Source: a bacterium (GTDB lineage: Bacteria; Zixibacteria; MSB-5A5; WJJR01). From it: 64,000 nucleotides of DNA. Below, piece after piece: positions 35,750-47,410 of this stretch. The stretch lies in the NCBI GenBank assembly GCA_021813505.1, contig JAKAKI010000081.1:65409-129408 (forward strand), written 5' to 3'. Below the pieces are notes generated by a model. That model was not told where the DNA came from, made no database searches, and saw nothing but the letters and a program-made list of their open reading frames with translations. How positions within the stretch are numbered: position 1 is the stretch's first letter; every line of letters begins with the position of its first letter. Position numbers and translations under genes: made by a program.

Positions 35750-37177
35750 ATGTCTGGAAGAAACGTTTCAGGTGAGCAGGCCGTGAAGCTGCTGGTCATC
35801 GATGATGACCCCAAGGTTCCGTGGATCCTTTCCGAGCGGTTGCCGAACCAATACGAGGTGATTTCGGCTTCGGATGGTTATGAGGGAATTCAACTCGCGT
35901 CCACCGAGCAGCCTCCGCTCATTCTGCTGGATATCATGATGCCCGGCATGTCCGGGCTTGAAGTGCTGGAACGGCTCCGGCATGCGCAGACATCGAGCGA
36001 CATCATCATGCTGTCGGGCCACGGCGACACCGAAAACGTGGTGAAGTCAATCCAGCTCGGCGCGGCCGAGTTTATCAGCAAGCCGTTTGATCCGGCCGAA
36101 GTGGAAATCCACTTGCGCAAGGTTCTCGAATCGCGCGCACTGCGAGACGAGAACGCGCAGTTGCGCGAATCGTTGAAATCGCGATTTGAGACATTGATTG
36201 GCGACTCCGTGGCGATGCAACGGGTCAAGGGGATTTTGGAGGAGATCGCCGACAGCGACTTGACCGTCTTGATCCGGGGCGAGAGCGGCACCGGCAAGGA
36301 AGTCGTGGCGCGCCTGCTCCACGCCGGATCGGCGCGGGCGAAAGAGGCATTCACCAAGGTGAATTGCGCCGCCATTCCACGGGAATTGCTCGAAGCCGAG
36401 TTGTTCGGCTACGAACGAGGGGCGTTTACCGGCGCGAACAAGATGAAGCCGGGACGGTTCGAGGCGGCAACCAAGGGTACGATCTTCCTCGACGAAATCG
36501 GCGAGATGCCGCTGGAATTGCAGTCGAAGCTCCTTCAGGTCTTGGAGCAGCAGGAATTCGTCCGTGTCGGCGGGTTGCAGACGATCAAAGTCGACGTGCG
36601 GATCGTTTGTGCCACCAACCGCGATCTCGAAGTGGCGATTGCCGAGCGGCAGATGCGCGACGATCTTTACTACCGACTGAATGAGATTACTGTTACGCTG
36701 CCCTCCCTGCGAGAGCGGACGGAGGATATCCCGCTGCTGGTCTCCCACTTCATCCAGAAATATAATGCCGCCTACTCGAAGTCATTCGCCGGTCTGAGCG
36801 CGGAGACGATGCAAAAACTGGTCTCGTATCCGTGGCCGGGAAATGTGCGGCAGTTGGAAAATCTGGTGAAGCAGATTGTCGTCCGGCAGGACGAAGCGGT
36901 CATCGACGAGATCCTGCGGCGTCCGCAACCGGCCGTTCGCACGGCTGGAGTCCCCGTGAATGTACCGGAGCCAGTGGCAGGCACCACCGAGGGAAACGGC
37001 TACTCGCTGAAAGATCGGGTTGGCGCAGCGGTGGCACGCGAAGAGCGCAATCTGATTGCCGACGTCCTGCGCAAGACCAATTGGAATCGCCGCAAGGCTG
37101 CGGATGTGCTGGAGATCAGTTATCGATCGCTGCTCTACAAGATCAAAGAATACGGGCTGTCGAAGTCGGAGTTGTAG
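35750..37177 (+). CDS. Sigma54-dependent response regulator (NtrC/AtoC family)
   Basis: REC domain, [37 protein letters not shown], Fis-type [15 protein letters not shown]. Confidence 0.95.
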   Translation: MSGRNVSGEQAVKLLVIDDDPKVPWILSERLPNQYEVISASDGYEGIQLASTEQPPLILLDIMMPGMSGLEVLERLRHAQTSSDIIMLSGHGDTENVVKSIQLGAAEFISKPFDPAEVEIHLRKVLESRALRDENAQLRESLKSRFETLIGDSVAMQRVKGILEEIADSDLTVLIRGESGTGKEVVARLLHAGSARAKEAFTKVNCAAIPRELLEAELFGYERGAFTGANKMKPGRFEAATKGTIFLDEIGEMPLELQSKLLQVLEQQEFVRVGGLQTIKVDVRIVCATNRDLEVAIAERQMRDDLYYRLNEITVTLPSLRERTEDIPLLVSHFIQKYNAAYSKSFAGLSAETMQKLVSYPWPGNVRQLENLVKQIVVRQDEAVIDEILRRPQPAVRTAGVPVNVPEPVAGTTEGNGYSLKDRVGAAVAREERNLIADVLRKTNWNRRKAADVLEISYRSLLYKIKEYGLSKSEL

Positions 37178-37204
37178 GACCGCCGCCCATAGCAAGACAT
37201 CCCT

Positions 37205-37230
37205 GGCCCCGAGATTCGGGGCCTTTTTTT
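37205..37230 (+). terminator. Intrinsic terminator
   Basis: GGCCCCGA-gat-TCGGGGCC-TTTTTTT. Confidence 0.85.
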
Positions 37231-37274
37231 GTGGACGGGGTGGACGGAGTGGACTTGGTGGACGAGGTGGACAC
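37231..37274. repeat. 9-nt periodic array (GTGGACNNN x5)
   Basis: gtggacggg gtggacgga gtggacttg gtggacgag gtggacac. Confidence 0.8.
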
Positions 37275-37306
37275 AAAAGAAGGAGGCCCTGTGTCAACAG
37301 GGCCTC
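37275..37306 (-). terminator. Terminator of lepB
   Basis: GAGGCCCTG-tgtcaa-CAGGGCCTC with an A-rich tract on the + strand side (U-tract on minus). Confidence 0.65.
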
Positions 37307-37330
37307 GTGAGTTCCTCTGTTCGACTCTCG

Positions 37331-38110
37331 TTAGTGGATTACGGTTGCCAGGCGCTTCCAGCGGACGCGGTCGACGAAGTGGGCGACGTTGTAGGCGACG
37401 GCTTGCGCCATGCCGACGGGGTCAGACCAGGTCCACGGGGGGGCATGTTCGTCGGTGCCCCATGACCAATGAATGACCATGGCTTTGCCCTGGATGAGGT
37501 CATAGGGAACGGGACCCCAGAATCGGGAATCGTAGGAGTTGTCCCGGTTGTCGCCCATCATGAAGAAGCAATTCGAAGGCACCTTGTACGGCCCGTAGTT
37601 GTCGCGCTGGCTGCGTGAGGCCGGTTCAATTTGGTCGGCGGCGGTGTATTTGCCGGTGGGTGGTAGCGGCATGGGATTGCCATCGACAAAGAGCTGCTTG
37701 TTCTTGACCTCGACCACCTGGCCGCCAACGGCCACGCATCGCTTGATGTAATTCACCGAGGGATTGCCGGGGAATTTGAAGATTACAACATCGCCGGGAC
37801 GGGGGTCACGGACCTTCGGCAGGCGATAGTCGATGAGCGGCAGCTTGGAACCGTAGACAAACTTGTTGGCGAGAAGGAAATCGCCGACCAACAGGGTGTC
37901 CTCCATCGAGCCGGACGGAATCTTGTAGGCCTCGACAATTGACGTCTTGATGATGATCGCCAGGATTAAAGCGATACCGAGCGATTTGGTGTACTCCCAG
38001 AGGACCTGGGTAACTGGCGTCTTCTGGGCGGACCGAGCGCCCGTGACGTCCGATGTTGATTGCCGTCTGCTCACTGGTATCATCCTTCCTGACTGGTCAG
38101 CCATGGTCAC
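37331..38110 (-). CDS. lepB: Signal peptidase I
   Basis: IPSGSMEDTLLVGD, YIKRCVA, MGDNRDNSYDSRFWG. Confidence 0.96.
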   Translation of the reverse strand: MTMADQSGRMIPVSRRQSTSDVTGARSAQKTPVTQVLWEYTKSLGIALILAIIIKTSIVEAYKIPSGSMEDTLLVGDFLLANKFVYGSKLPLIDYRLPKVRDPRPGDVVIFKFPGNPSVNYIKRCVAVGGQVVEVKNKQLFVDGNPMPLPPTGKYTAADQIEPASRSQRDNYGPYKVPSNCFFMMGDNRDNSYDSRFWGPVPYDLIQGKAMVIHWSWGTDEHAPPWTWSDPVGMAQAVAYNVAHFVDRVRWKRLATVIH

Positions 38111-38163
38111 CTCAAGTCCGTATACGTGGGCCGGTCGCCAAACGATTCAGCGAATTTGCGGGC

Positions 38164-38186
38164 GGGCGTATGCAATACGCCCCTCC
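38164..38186. repeat. REP-like palindrome (same family as 13132-13155)
   Basis: GGGCGTATGCAATACGCCCCTCC. Confidence 0.7.
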
Positions 38187-38234
38187 CGGACAATCCGGAC
38201 ATTCTCGTCTGGGGTGTTGATCAGCGCGCATGCA

Positions 38235-39299
38235 TTATCCCGAAATGAAGCGAGCAATGTCATGGTAGGTGACCGTGACGATCAGGAGCACCAAAAGGAG
38301 CATCCCGACCTGTTGGGCAACGGCGCGCTGCTTCATCGACAGGGGTCTCCCCCGCAACTTCTCGATCAACAGAAAGACCAGGTGGCCGCCATCCAGAATG
38401 GGGACCGGCAGGATGTTCAGGAGGGCCAGGTTGAGCGAGAGAACGGCCATGAAGTTCATGAGCACTGCCCAGCCTTCGCGGGCGACCTTGCCGGCGATTT
38501 GCGCGATCCCGACCGGACCTGAGACGTTTTTGATCGAAACGCTCCCGCTGACCAGCCCCCACAGGAATTTGAGCATCTCGCCGCAGAACTCGAAGGTTTG
38601 GCTGATCCCGCCACTGACCGCAGCGGTGAAGCCCACGTTTTCGGTCACATAGCCCATGCCGATGCCGATCACACCGACCACCGTGTCGCCGCCGTCGGTC
38701 TTCTTGGCTGTGTCGATGCGGGTGCGGACACGGGCGGAGTAGAGATCGCCGTCGTGTTTCCAGAGAACCTCGACGGTGTCGCCTGGACGGGAGTGGATCA
38801 GCTTGGCCATGGAGTCGAAATCGGAAACCCGGTTATGGTCGACGGCCTGGATGATATCACCTGTCTTGATTCCGATCTTGTCGGCAGGTCCGTCGGCGAC
38901 GACGGGGCCGACGACGACTTGTGTCTTTTCAATCGTGTCACGGCCATGCAGCCAGAGCACCGCGATGAAGATTAATGCCGCGGCTACGAAATTCATGAGG
39001 GGACCGGCCAGGATTACCAGAGTACGGGTGCCCACCGATTTGGACATGAACTCGCGCGGGTCACCGGTCGAGGGCTCGTCCGGGTTCTCCCCGACCATCT
39101 TGACGTAACCGCCGAGGGGTACCCAGGAGATGCAGTAGTCGGTTTCGCCGATCTGTTTACCGATCATCTTGGGAGGGAAACCCAGCGAAAACCGTTCGAC
39201 CTTGATCCCCGCCCACTTGGCCACAACAAAGTGACCCAGCTCGTGAATGAAGATCAGAACACCTAAAACGAAGACTGTTGCCCAGATCGTGGTTGTCAC
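38235..39299 (-). CDS. rseP: RIP metalloprotease RseP
   Basis: HELGH, PLGGYVKM, AGPLMN, PDZ domain, NILPVPILDGG. Confidence 0.96.
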   Translation of the reverse strand: MTTTIWATVFVLGVLIFIHELGHFVVAKWAGIKVERFSLGFPPKMIGKQIGETDYCISWVPLGGYVKMVGENPDEPSTGDPREFMSKSVGTRTLVILAGPLMNFVAAALIFIAVLWLHGRDTIEKTQVVVGPVVADGPADKIGIKTGDIIQAVDHNRVSDFDSMAKLIHSRPGDTVEVLWKHDGDLYSARVRTRIDTAKKTDGGDTVVGVIGIGMGYVTENVGFTAAVSGGISQTFEFCGEMLKFLWGLVSGSVSIKNVSGPVGIAQIAGKVAREGWAVLMNFMAVLSLNLALLNILPVPILDGGHLVFLLIEKLRGRPLSMKQRAVAQQVGMLLLVLLIVTVTYHDIARFISG

Positions 39300-39336
39300 A
39301 TCCGACTCGCTTTCATCTGCTCTCTATATCGCCAAC

Positions 39337-40536
39337 CTATCGGGTTGATGCAACAGCCTTTGCAGGGGTTCCCGGCAGGTGGCCGGTTACGTAATCGCGT
39401 GCCCATCGGTCGGCGGCCACGATATCGTCGAAACACGGATCGGAGACGGGCTTGTGGGCCGTGAGGGTCTCCCCTATCTGATCCACGATTCCGGTGAACG
39501 GCAGGTGGCCATCCAGAAAAGCGGCCACGGCGATTTCATCGGCGGCATTGAGGACGGCGCAGGCCGTTGGCCCCATAGCCAGCGCACGCCGGGCCAGGTC
39601 TAAGGCAGGATAGCGGGCCAGATCGGGAGGGGTGAACTCCAGGGTGTTTGCTTTGGTCATATCCAGCGTTTGCGGACCTGTCACACCCTCCGGGCGTTCG
39701 GGGGCCAGCAGCGCATAGGCGATCGGCAAAGTCATGTCGGGAGAGCCGAGCTGGGCGATCACGGAGCCGTCCTGGTATTCCACCATCGAGTGCACCACAG
39801 ACTGAGGATGGATGACGACGTCGATTTGGTCCGGAGTCAGGTCGAACAGCCAGGTGGCTTCGATGATTTCGAATGCCTTATTCATCATTGTCGCCGAGTC
39901 GATCGTGATCCGTGGGCCCATCCGCCATGTTGGGTGATTGAGCGCTTCGGCCGGCGTGATGGCTGCGAACGTCTCCAGCGGCCGATTGCGAAATGGTCCT
40001 CCTGAGGCGGTCAGGATGATCTTCCGTACTTCCTCATGCGCTCCTGCCCGTAAACACTGCCAGACGGCCGAGTGTTCCGAATCAATTGGGGCGATGGTAA
40101 CCCCCCGCTGCCGGGCACGGGGCATGACAACGGCGCCGGCGGCAACGAGCGTCTCTTTGTTGGCGAGGGCGATGTTCTTGCCGGCGTCGATGGCCGCCAA
40201 AGTGGGCGCGGCACCGGCAAAGCCGACTACGGCGACAACGAGGGTCTGGATTGAGGGCCAGGCGGCCATTTCGCAGAGGCTGTCGGGGTCGACGAAGATT
40301 CGCCCGTAGTAATCTCCAAGCTGGGCCCGCAGAGCATCCCCCTGAGAGGAATCAATCAGGGCGACGACTTCGGGACGGTACTTGCGGACTTGGGCCGCGA
40401 GTAGATCGACATTGCGGGAAGCCGCGAGAGCGGTGACACGGAACCGGCCGGGGAAGCGGTCGACCACACGGAGGGTGTTCTGGCCAATGGAGCCAGTGCT
40501 TCCAAGAATGCCGATGTTAAGCGGAACTGGAATCAT
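39337..40536 (-). CDS. dxr: 1-deoxy-D-xylulose-5-phosphate reductoisomerase
   Basis: LGSTGSIG, LANKE, PIDSEHSA, LTASGGPFR, HPTWRMGPRITIDSATMMNK. Confidence 0.98.
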   Translation of the reverse strand: MIPVPLNIGILGSTGSIGQNTLRVVDRFPGRFRVTALAASRNVDLLAAQVRKYRPEVVALIDSSQGDALRAQLGDYYGRIFVDPDSLCEMAAWPSIQTLVVAVVGFAGAAPTLAAIDAGKNIALANKETLVAAGAVVMPRARQRGVTIAPIDSEHSAVWQCLRAGAHEEVRKIILTASGGPFRNRPLETFAAITPAEALNHPTWRMGPRITIDSATMMNKAFEIIEATWLFDLTPDQIDVVIHPQSVVHSMVEYQDGSVIAQLGSPDMTLPIAYALLAPERPEGVTGPQTLDMTKANTLEFTPPDLARYPALDLARRALAMGPTACAVLNAADEIAVAAFLDGHLPFTGIVDQIGETLTAHKPVSDPCFDDIVAADRWARDYVTGHLPGTPAKAVASTR

Positions 40537-40560
40537 GGGACCGATGGGACCTATTGCACA
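40535..40560. repeat. 9-nt periodic array (ATGGGACCN)
   Basis: atgggaccg atgggacct attgcaca. Confidence 0.5.
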
Positions 40561-40619
40561 GACGGAGGGCGTTCCGGCCTGTGGCCAGAACGCCCCCTGG
40601 AGAATACCCGTACGATCAA

Positions 40620-41519
40620 TTAGTTCGTCTTCTCAGTTTTCTCGACGGTAACCTTGGTCATCTTGACCGGCTCCGCAGGACGCTCGCCGTTGCACTTGAC
40701 CTTTTCGATCTTGTGGACGACGTCCAGGCCCTCAATGACTTTGCCGAAGACCGTGTACTTGTTGTCCAGCGAGGCCAGGCGTCCAAGGCAGATAAAGAAC
40801 TGCGAACCGGCCGAATTGGGATCGGCCGACCGCGCCATCGACAGCACGCCGTCTTCATGCAGCTTGTTGTTGAACTCAGCGGGGACATTGTATCCAGGGC
40901 CACCGGTGCCGTTGCCGAGCGGATCGCCGCCCTGGATCACAAATCCGGGGACAATGCGGTGGAACTGAAGGGAATCATAGAATCCCTTGTTGGTCAGATA
41001 CACAAAGCTCTGGCAATGCTTGGGAGCAACGTCGGGCCACAGTTCGAGCACGATCTTCCCCATGGTCGTTTCCATGACGACCTTCGGCTTTTCGCCTTTG
41101 GCAAACGTGACGCTCTTATACGGAGCTTTGGGATCGACGGCCTCGGTCACTGCCTTACTCCCTTCCTTGGCTTTCGTGGCGGCCTTGGCCTCGGTTTCCT
41201 GAGTTGTGGCCTTGGGCTTTGGCTGAGCTTTCTTGCCGGTGTCAGCGGGTGCAGTCTGAGTGGCCTTGGCTTTCGTGGTGTCCGGCGTCGACGGCGGTGT
41301 CACATGCTTGCCGGTGTCCGCGTGTGTCGCTGCGGGAACCACGGCTTTGGGCTTGGTCGTGTCCGGCGCAGGCGGAGTCACTTTCTTGGCAGTATCCTGC
41401 GCTGCGGTCGCGGGAGCCTTGGTCGAATCTTGTGCGACAGCACTGGTGGCAACCGCAAGACTGAACGCACCGGTGATGGTGAGTGTCAGTAAGGCTGCCC
41501 GTACGGTTAGTTTTCGCAT
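40620..41519 (-). CDS. Exported cyclophilin-type peptidyl-prolyl isomerase with Ala/Pro/Thr/Lys-rich linker
   Basis: Signal peptide; FYDSLQFHRIVPGFVIQGGDP.GNGTGGPGY, LSMAR, SAGSQFFI, YTVFGKV. Confidence 0.93.
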   Translation of the reverse strand: MRKLTVRAALLTLTITGAFSLAVATSAVAQDSTKAPATAAQDTAKKVTPPAPDTTKPKAVVPAATHADTGKHVTPPSTPDTTKAKATQTAPADTGKKAQPKPKATTQETEAKAATKAKEGSKAVTEAVDPKAPYKSVTFAKGEKPKVVMETTMGKIVLELWPDVAPKHCQSFVYLTNKGFYDSLQFHRIVPGFVIQGGDPLGNGTGGPGYNVPAEFNNKLHEDGVLSMARSADPNSAGSQFFICLGRLASLDNKYTVFGKVIEGLDVVHKIEKVKCNGERPAEPVKMTKVTVEKTEKTN

Positions 41520-41646
41520 TGAACTTCCTCCTTGGAAAACCATTTTAGTTTCAAGCGGCACAATAAGTTCCTGAATAATCCTCAAGGCAAGACAATTCGG
41601 CCAAGCTAATATCTTGTAGGGCAATCACTTGCTGTTCGCTGTGGGC

Positions 41647-42066
41647 CTAATGCCCTGAGACCAAGATTTCGTCAGCGATGCGGATGCGATTTTGGGCACG
41701 ACGGAACGCGGCGGTGGCGCGGTCGACGTCGAGGCCTTCGGGACGATCACGCAGCCGCTTGTCGGCACGATCGAGGGCGGTAACGGCGCGGGCCCTGTCG
41801 ATCTTGGTGGCGTGCTCGGCAGCATCGGCGAGGATGGTGGCGCGATTGTGAGCGACTTCGAGGAAACCACCCGACACCGCCAGCAACAGTTCCGTGCCGC
41901 CGGGAAGGTGGATCGTGATCTTACCCGGTTGCAATGGGGTGATCAGCGCAGCATGATTGGCCATGACCCCGAGATATCCCTGGGCGCCGGGGACAATGAT
42001 CGACTCGACCATCTCTTCAAGGATGGTCTCCTCGGGGGTCGCGATGGAGAGCTGGTAGGTTGCCAT
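41647..42066 (-). CDS. atpC: ATP synthase F1 epsilon
   Basis: IATPE, PG..GYLGVMANHA, VSGGFLEV, LADAAE. Confidence 0.95.
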   Translation of the reverse strand: MATYQLSIATPEETILEEMVESIIVPGAQGYLGVMANHAALITPLQPGKITIHLPGGTELLLAVSGGFLEVAHNRATILADAAEHATKIDRARAVTALDRADKRLRDRPEGLDVDRATAAFRRAQNRIRIADEILVSGH

Positions 42067-42105
42067 AAAATGCTAAAGGGCCATCGACACGCTAGGCTGT
42101 GCCGT

Positions 42106-43542
<1,437 letters not shown>

Positions 43543-43577
43543 TCAACAGTCAGACAGAAATCTCAGTTGTTCGCGCG

Positions 43578-43697
43578 CAAGGGGCTGGAAGCCCCTTGTC
43601 CGCCGATTCAGAGTTGAGCGGTTGAGGGAGGGCGAGGCTCCTGCCGAGCCTGCGTCCCGCGCGGAAACCTGGCTCGGCGGGAGCCTCGCCCTCCCTC
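43578..43697. repeat. Two REP families in the atpG-atpD spacer
   Basis: CAAGGGGCTGGAAGCCCCTTGTCC (43578-43601) and a 27-bp inverted pair GAGGGAGGGCGAGGCTCCTGCCGAGCC (43624-43650) / GGCTCGGCGGGAGCCTCGCCCTCCCTC (43671-43697). Confidence 0.8.
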
Positions 43698-43741
43698 GGG
43701 CAATCCTGTGCTATGATCAATACACGTTTCATAGATCGGTT

Positions 43742-44608
43742 CTACTTCAACGCCTCGGCACCGCCGACGATATCGAGGAGTTCCTTGGTGATCGCGGATT
43801 GGCGTGCCTTGTTGAATTGCAGGGTGAGCACGTCGATCATCTCCCCTGCCGATTTGGTGGCACCACCCATGGCGATCATCCGGGCAGCGTGTTCGGCCGC
43901 GAACGATTCGGCAATGGCGGTTTGCATCCGGGTGGTCACATAGCGCGGCATCAGATCGGCGAAGATCGCGGCCGGATCCGGCTCAAAGATATAGTCGGCG
44001 CGGTGGCTGCTGCTTTCCTGAACCGACTCGATCGGCAGGAAGCGGCTGAGGGTGATCTCGTACCGGGATGTTGTGATGAATTTTGCGTACAGGATATGAA
44101 TCGCATCGGTCTCGCCTGAGACGAATCGTACGGCGAGTTCGGCCGCGATGCGGCGGACGCGAGTGAAGTCCATGTTGCCGCCGAAATCCTGGTGCCTGCC
44201 GACGACAGGAATCGGGCGTTTCTTGAACCAGTCGACGCCGCGCTTGCCGATGCAGACGAGTTCGGCATTCGCGGGAGTGTAGTCCTTCAGAAACAGCGTC
44301 GCGCGACGAATCAGATTGGCGTTGAACGATCCGCACAGGCCACGATCGGATGTGACCAGCACGAGCGTCGTCTTGCGCACGGGACGCTGTTCGAAGTATG
44401 GATGCGGCACCGAACCGCCGGCCTGGGCAATCGCGCTCGACAGATTGGAGAGGATCAGTTCCATCTTGGTGGCATAGGGACGCGACCGTTCCGCGCGCAT
44501 CTGCGCCTTGCGCAGTTTGGCGGCGGAGACCATCTCCATGGCCTTTGTGATCTGCTGGGTCGAGCGGACCGAGCGGATCCGGCGTTTGATGTCACGCAAC
44601 GATGGCAT
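43742..44608 (-). CDS. atpG: ATP synthase F1 gamma
   Basis: ITKAMEMVSAAK, SDRGLCGSFN, RQSAITKEL. Confidence 0.99.
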   Translation of the reverse strand: MPSLRDIKRRIRSVRSTQQITKAMEMVSAAKLRKAQMRAERSRPYATKMELILSNLSSAIAQAGGSVPHPYFEQRPVRKTTLVLVTSDRGLCGSFNANLIRRATLFLKDYTPANAELVCIGKRGVDWFKKRPIPVVGRHQDFGGNMDFTRVRRIAAELAVRFVSGETDAIHILYAKFITTSRYEITLSRFLPIESVQESSSHRADYIFEPDPAAIFADLMPRYVTTRMQTAIAESFAAEHAARMIAMGGATKSAGEMIDVLTLQFNKARQSAITKELLDIVGGAEALK

Positions 44609-44634
44609 GCGTTATCCGGCGGGCAAAGCCCACG

Positions 44635-46143
44635 TTACGGCTTGAAGACCCCTTTGAATTTGACGACCGCTTCTTTCAGTTTCGCGTCGAGATCGTCGGT
44701 CAATTGGCCTTTCGTCTTCAGTGTATGGCCTACATCGGGGTAGTCCTTGTGCATAAAGGCGAGGAATTCGCGCTCGAACTTGCGCACCGCACCGACCGGC
44801 AGATCATCGAGGTGGCCATTGGCGCCCGCCCAGATCACCATGACCTGATCCTCGACGGGCATCGGAACATACTGATCCTGTTTGAGCAGCTCGACCATGC
44901 GTTCACCGCGTGTCAACTGGCGGCGCGTGGCTTCGTCAAGATCGGAACCGAACTGGGCGAATGCCGCCAGTTCGCGGTATTGGGCCAGATCGAGGCGCAA
45001 ACGTCCGGCGATTTTCTTCATCGCCTTGGTCTGGGCATTTCCGCCAACGCGCGACACCGAAATACCGACATTGATCGCAGGACGAACGCCTGAATAGAAA
45101 AGGTCGCCTTCGAGGAATATCTGACCATCGGTGATCGAGATCACGTTGGTCGGAATATACGCGGTGACGTCGCCGGCCTGCGTTTCGATAATGGGAAGTG
45201 CCGTCAGCGAACCACCACCGAGCTGGTCGTTTAGCTTGGCCGCACGCTCCAACAAACGCGAGTGGAGGTAGAAAACGTCGCCGGGGAACGCCTCGCGTCC
45301 CGGCGGGCGGCGCAACAAAAGCGCCAACTGGCGGTACGCGGTCGCGTGCTTGGAGAGGTCATCATAGATGCAGACGACGTGACGTTTGGTGTAGAGGAAT
45401 TCTTCGCCGATCGCGACACCGGCGTACGGCGCGATGAATTGCAGCGGCGCCGGATCGGTGGCGGAGGCCACAACCACGGTGGTGTAGTCCATGGCGCCGT
45501 GCTTGCGCAGGATTTCCACGACTTTGGCCACGGTGGATGATTTCTGGCCGATCGCGACATATATGCAGTAAAGATCGTTGCCCTTTTGGTTGATGATTGT
45601 GTCGATGGCGATGGCCGTCTTGCCGGTCTGGCGGTCGCCGATGATGAGTTCGCGCTGGCCGCGTCCAATCGGAATCATCGAATCGATGGCCTTGAGTCCG
45701 GTCTGCACCGGTTCTTTCACCGGCTGGCGTTCCACGACCGAAGGGGCGCGGCCTTCCAGTGGCCGGAACTTGTCAGTGACAATCGGTCCGGCGCCATCAA
45801 GCGGCAGGCCAATGGGGCTGACCACGCGTCCGATCAGGGCATCGCCGACAGGCACGGATGCGACACGTCCGGTACGGCGCACGGTATCACCCTCTTTGAT
45901 ATCGCGGTCCGAACCGAAAATTGCGCAACCGACGTTGTCCTCTTCGAGGTTGAGGATCATCCCCATGATATCGCCGGGGAAGAGCACCAGCTCGGACATC
46001 ATGGCGTCCTCAAGCCCCCAGACGCGGGCGATTCCGTCGCCGACCTGGAGGACAGTGCCGACCGACTCCATGTCGAGGCGGCCTTCGTATTTGTCGATTT
46101 CGCGTGCGATGATCGACGAAACTTCTTCGGGTCTCAAAGCCAT
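44635..46143 (-). CDS. atpA: ATP synthase F1 alpha
   Basis: [35 protein letters not shown]. Confidence 0.99.
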   Translation of the reverse strand: MALRPEEVSSIIAREIDKYEGRLDMESVGTVLQVGDGIARVWGLEDAMMSELVLFPGDIMGMILNLEEDNVGCAIFGSDRDIKEGDTVRRTGRVASVPVGDALIGRVVSPIGLPLDGAGPIVTDKFRPLEGRAPSVVERQPVKEPVQTGLKAIDSMIPIGRGQRELIIGDRQTGKTAIAIDTIINQKGNDLYCIYVAIGQKSSTVAKVVEILRKHGAMDYTTVVVASATDPAPLQFIAPYAGVAIGEEFLYTKRHVVCIYDDLSKHATAYRQLALLLRRPPGREAFPGDVFYLHSRLLERAAKLNDQLGGGSLTALPIIETQAGDVTAYIPTNVISITDGQIFLEGDLFYSGVRPAINVGISVSRVGGNAQTKAMKKIAGRLRLDLAQYRELAAFAQFGSDLDEATRRQLTRGERMVELLKQDQYVPMPVEDQVMVIWAGANGHLDDLPVGAVRKFEREFLAFMHKDYPDVGHTLKTKGQLTDDLDAKLKEAVVKFKGVFKP

Positions 46144-46167
46144 TTTGTATTTCTCCACGATTTGTTA

Positions 46168-46203
46168 GTGGACGAAGTGGACTTAGTGGACGCAGTGGAC
46201 GAG
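46168..46203. repeat. 9-nt periodic array (GTGGACNNN x4)
   Basis: gtggacgaa gtggactta gtggacgca gtggacgag. Confidence 0.8.
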
Positions 46204-46244
46204 GCACCGGTGATTGATGGAATCGGGAATGAACAGGTCATCGG

Positions 46245-46802
46245 TCAGGCTGCCTCGTGAACTTTGATGCCGCGCAACTGGTCGCGCAGACGGGCCAGGT
46301 CGTGGCGGACGGAATGGTCGATGATTTCGCCACCGATGAGAACGACGACGCCCCCCAGGATTTCCGGATCCACTTCGAGCTTATGCCGGACTTTTTTCCC
46401 GCTGATTCGTTCGAGCCGGGCCACAATTCGGTCGCGTTCCTGATCATTGAGCGGAACGGCACTGGTGATCGTGGCTTCAACGATGCCTTGCGCTTCATCC
46501 CACATCTGGCCGAACAACCGGATGATTTCCGGCAGGTGGTCGGCCCGCGCTTTGTCGACGAGGAACAGCACGAAGTCACGCACCATTGGCTGAGCGACGT
46601 CTTTGAGCACCGTCCGCACCAGCGTGCGCTTCTCTTCGTCGGGAACTTGGGGAGCAGCGAGGAATTCGAGGAACCGGGGCTCTTTGACGAGCACATCGCG
46701 CAGCACCACGAGGTCGGCCCAAACAGCGGGCTCGGCTTGCGCCTTGCGGGCGAGGCCGAAGATGGCGGTGGCGTATTTCCCTGCGATGCGAGTTCCGGTC
46801 AT
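46245..46802 (-). CDS. atpH: ATP synthase F1 delta
   Basis: YATAIF, ITSAVPL, VDPEILGG; operon position. Confidence 0.95.
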   Translation of the reverse strand: MTGTRIAGKYATAIFGLARKAQAEPAVWADLVVLRDVLVKEPRFLEFLAAPQVPDEEKRTLVRTVLKDVAQPMVRDFVLFLVDKARADHLPEIIRLFGQMWDEAQGIVEATITSAVPLNDQERDRIVARLERISGKKVRHKLEVDPEILGGVVVLIGGEIIDHSVRHDLARLRDQLRGIKVHEAA

Positions 46803-46819
46803 GGGCTCAGCCTGCTGCT

Positions 46820-47320
46820 TCAGTTGGCTCCGGAGATGGGAGCGGATTCGATTTCATCGACAAACCGGGCGATCAGGCGGCGCTGGGCATCTTGATCGAT
46901 CGACTGCTTGATGATGCGCTCGGTGGCGACGACGGTCATGCCGACGATCTGATCTTTGAGTTCCACCCGGGCCTTGGCGAGATCACGTTGCAGGTCGGCA
47001 CGGGCTTTCTCGATGATCTTGTGGGCTTCGGCACGGGCCTCTTCGCGGATTTCTCCGGCGATGCGGCGTCCGTCGGTGATCGCTTCCTGGATCTTCTGGC
47101 GCGCCTCAGCTTCGATATCTTTGAGTTGTGACGCGTAACGGGCCGCCGCATCCTCCGCCTCACGCCGCTTGTCGGCGGCGGCATCGAAATCGGATTTGAT
47201 CTTGCGGCGCCGTTCTTCCAGCACACCGAGAAGCGGGCCCCACGCGAAGCGCCGCAGAATCCACAGCGCGATCAGGAAGCCGACGATGTGAGTCAGAATC
47301 TGTGATATTTCGGGATTCAT
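46820..47320 (-). CDS. atpF: ATP synthase Fo b
   Basis: N-terminal TM, FAWGPL..LEERR, coiled coil. Confidence 0.95.
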   Translation of the reverse strand: MNPEISQILTHIVGFLIALWILRRFAWGPLLGVLEERRRKIKSDFDAAADKRREAEDAAARYASQLKDIEAEARQKIQEAITDGRRIAGEIREEARAEAHKIIEKARADLQRDLAKARVELKDQIVGMTVVATERIIKQSIDQDAQRRLIARFVDEIESAPISGAN

Positions 47321-47410
47321 GCCTGGTTTTCCCTTTCACCATCACGCGGCCGGAGCGCCATTGGCACACCTATCCGGCAGCGATCTGCGAAATTCTCCCC
47401 GCGTCCGCGG

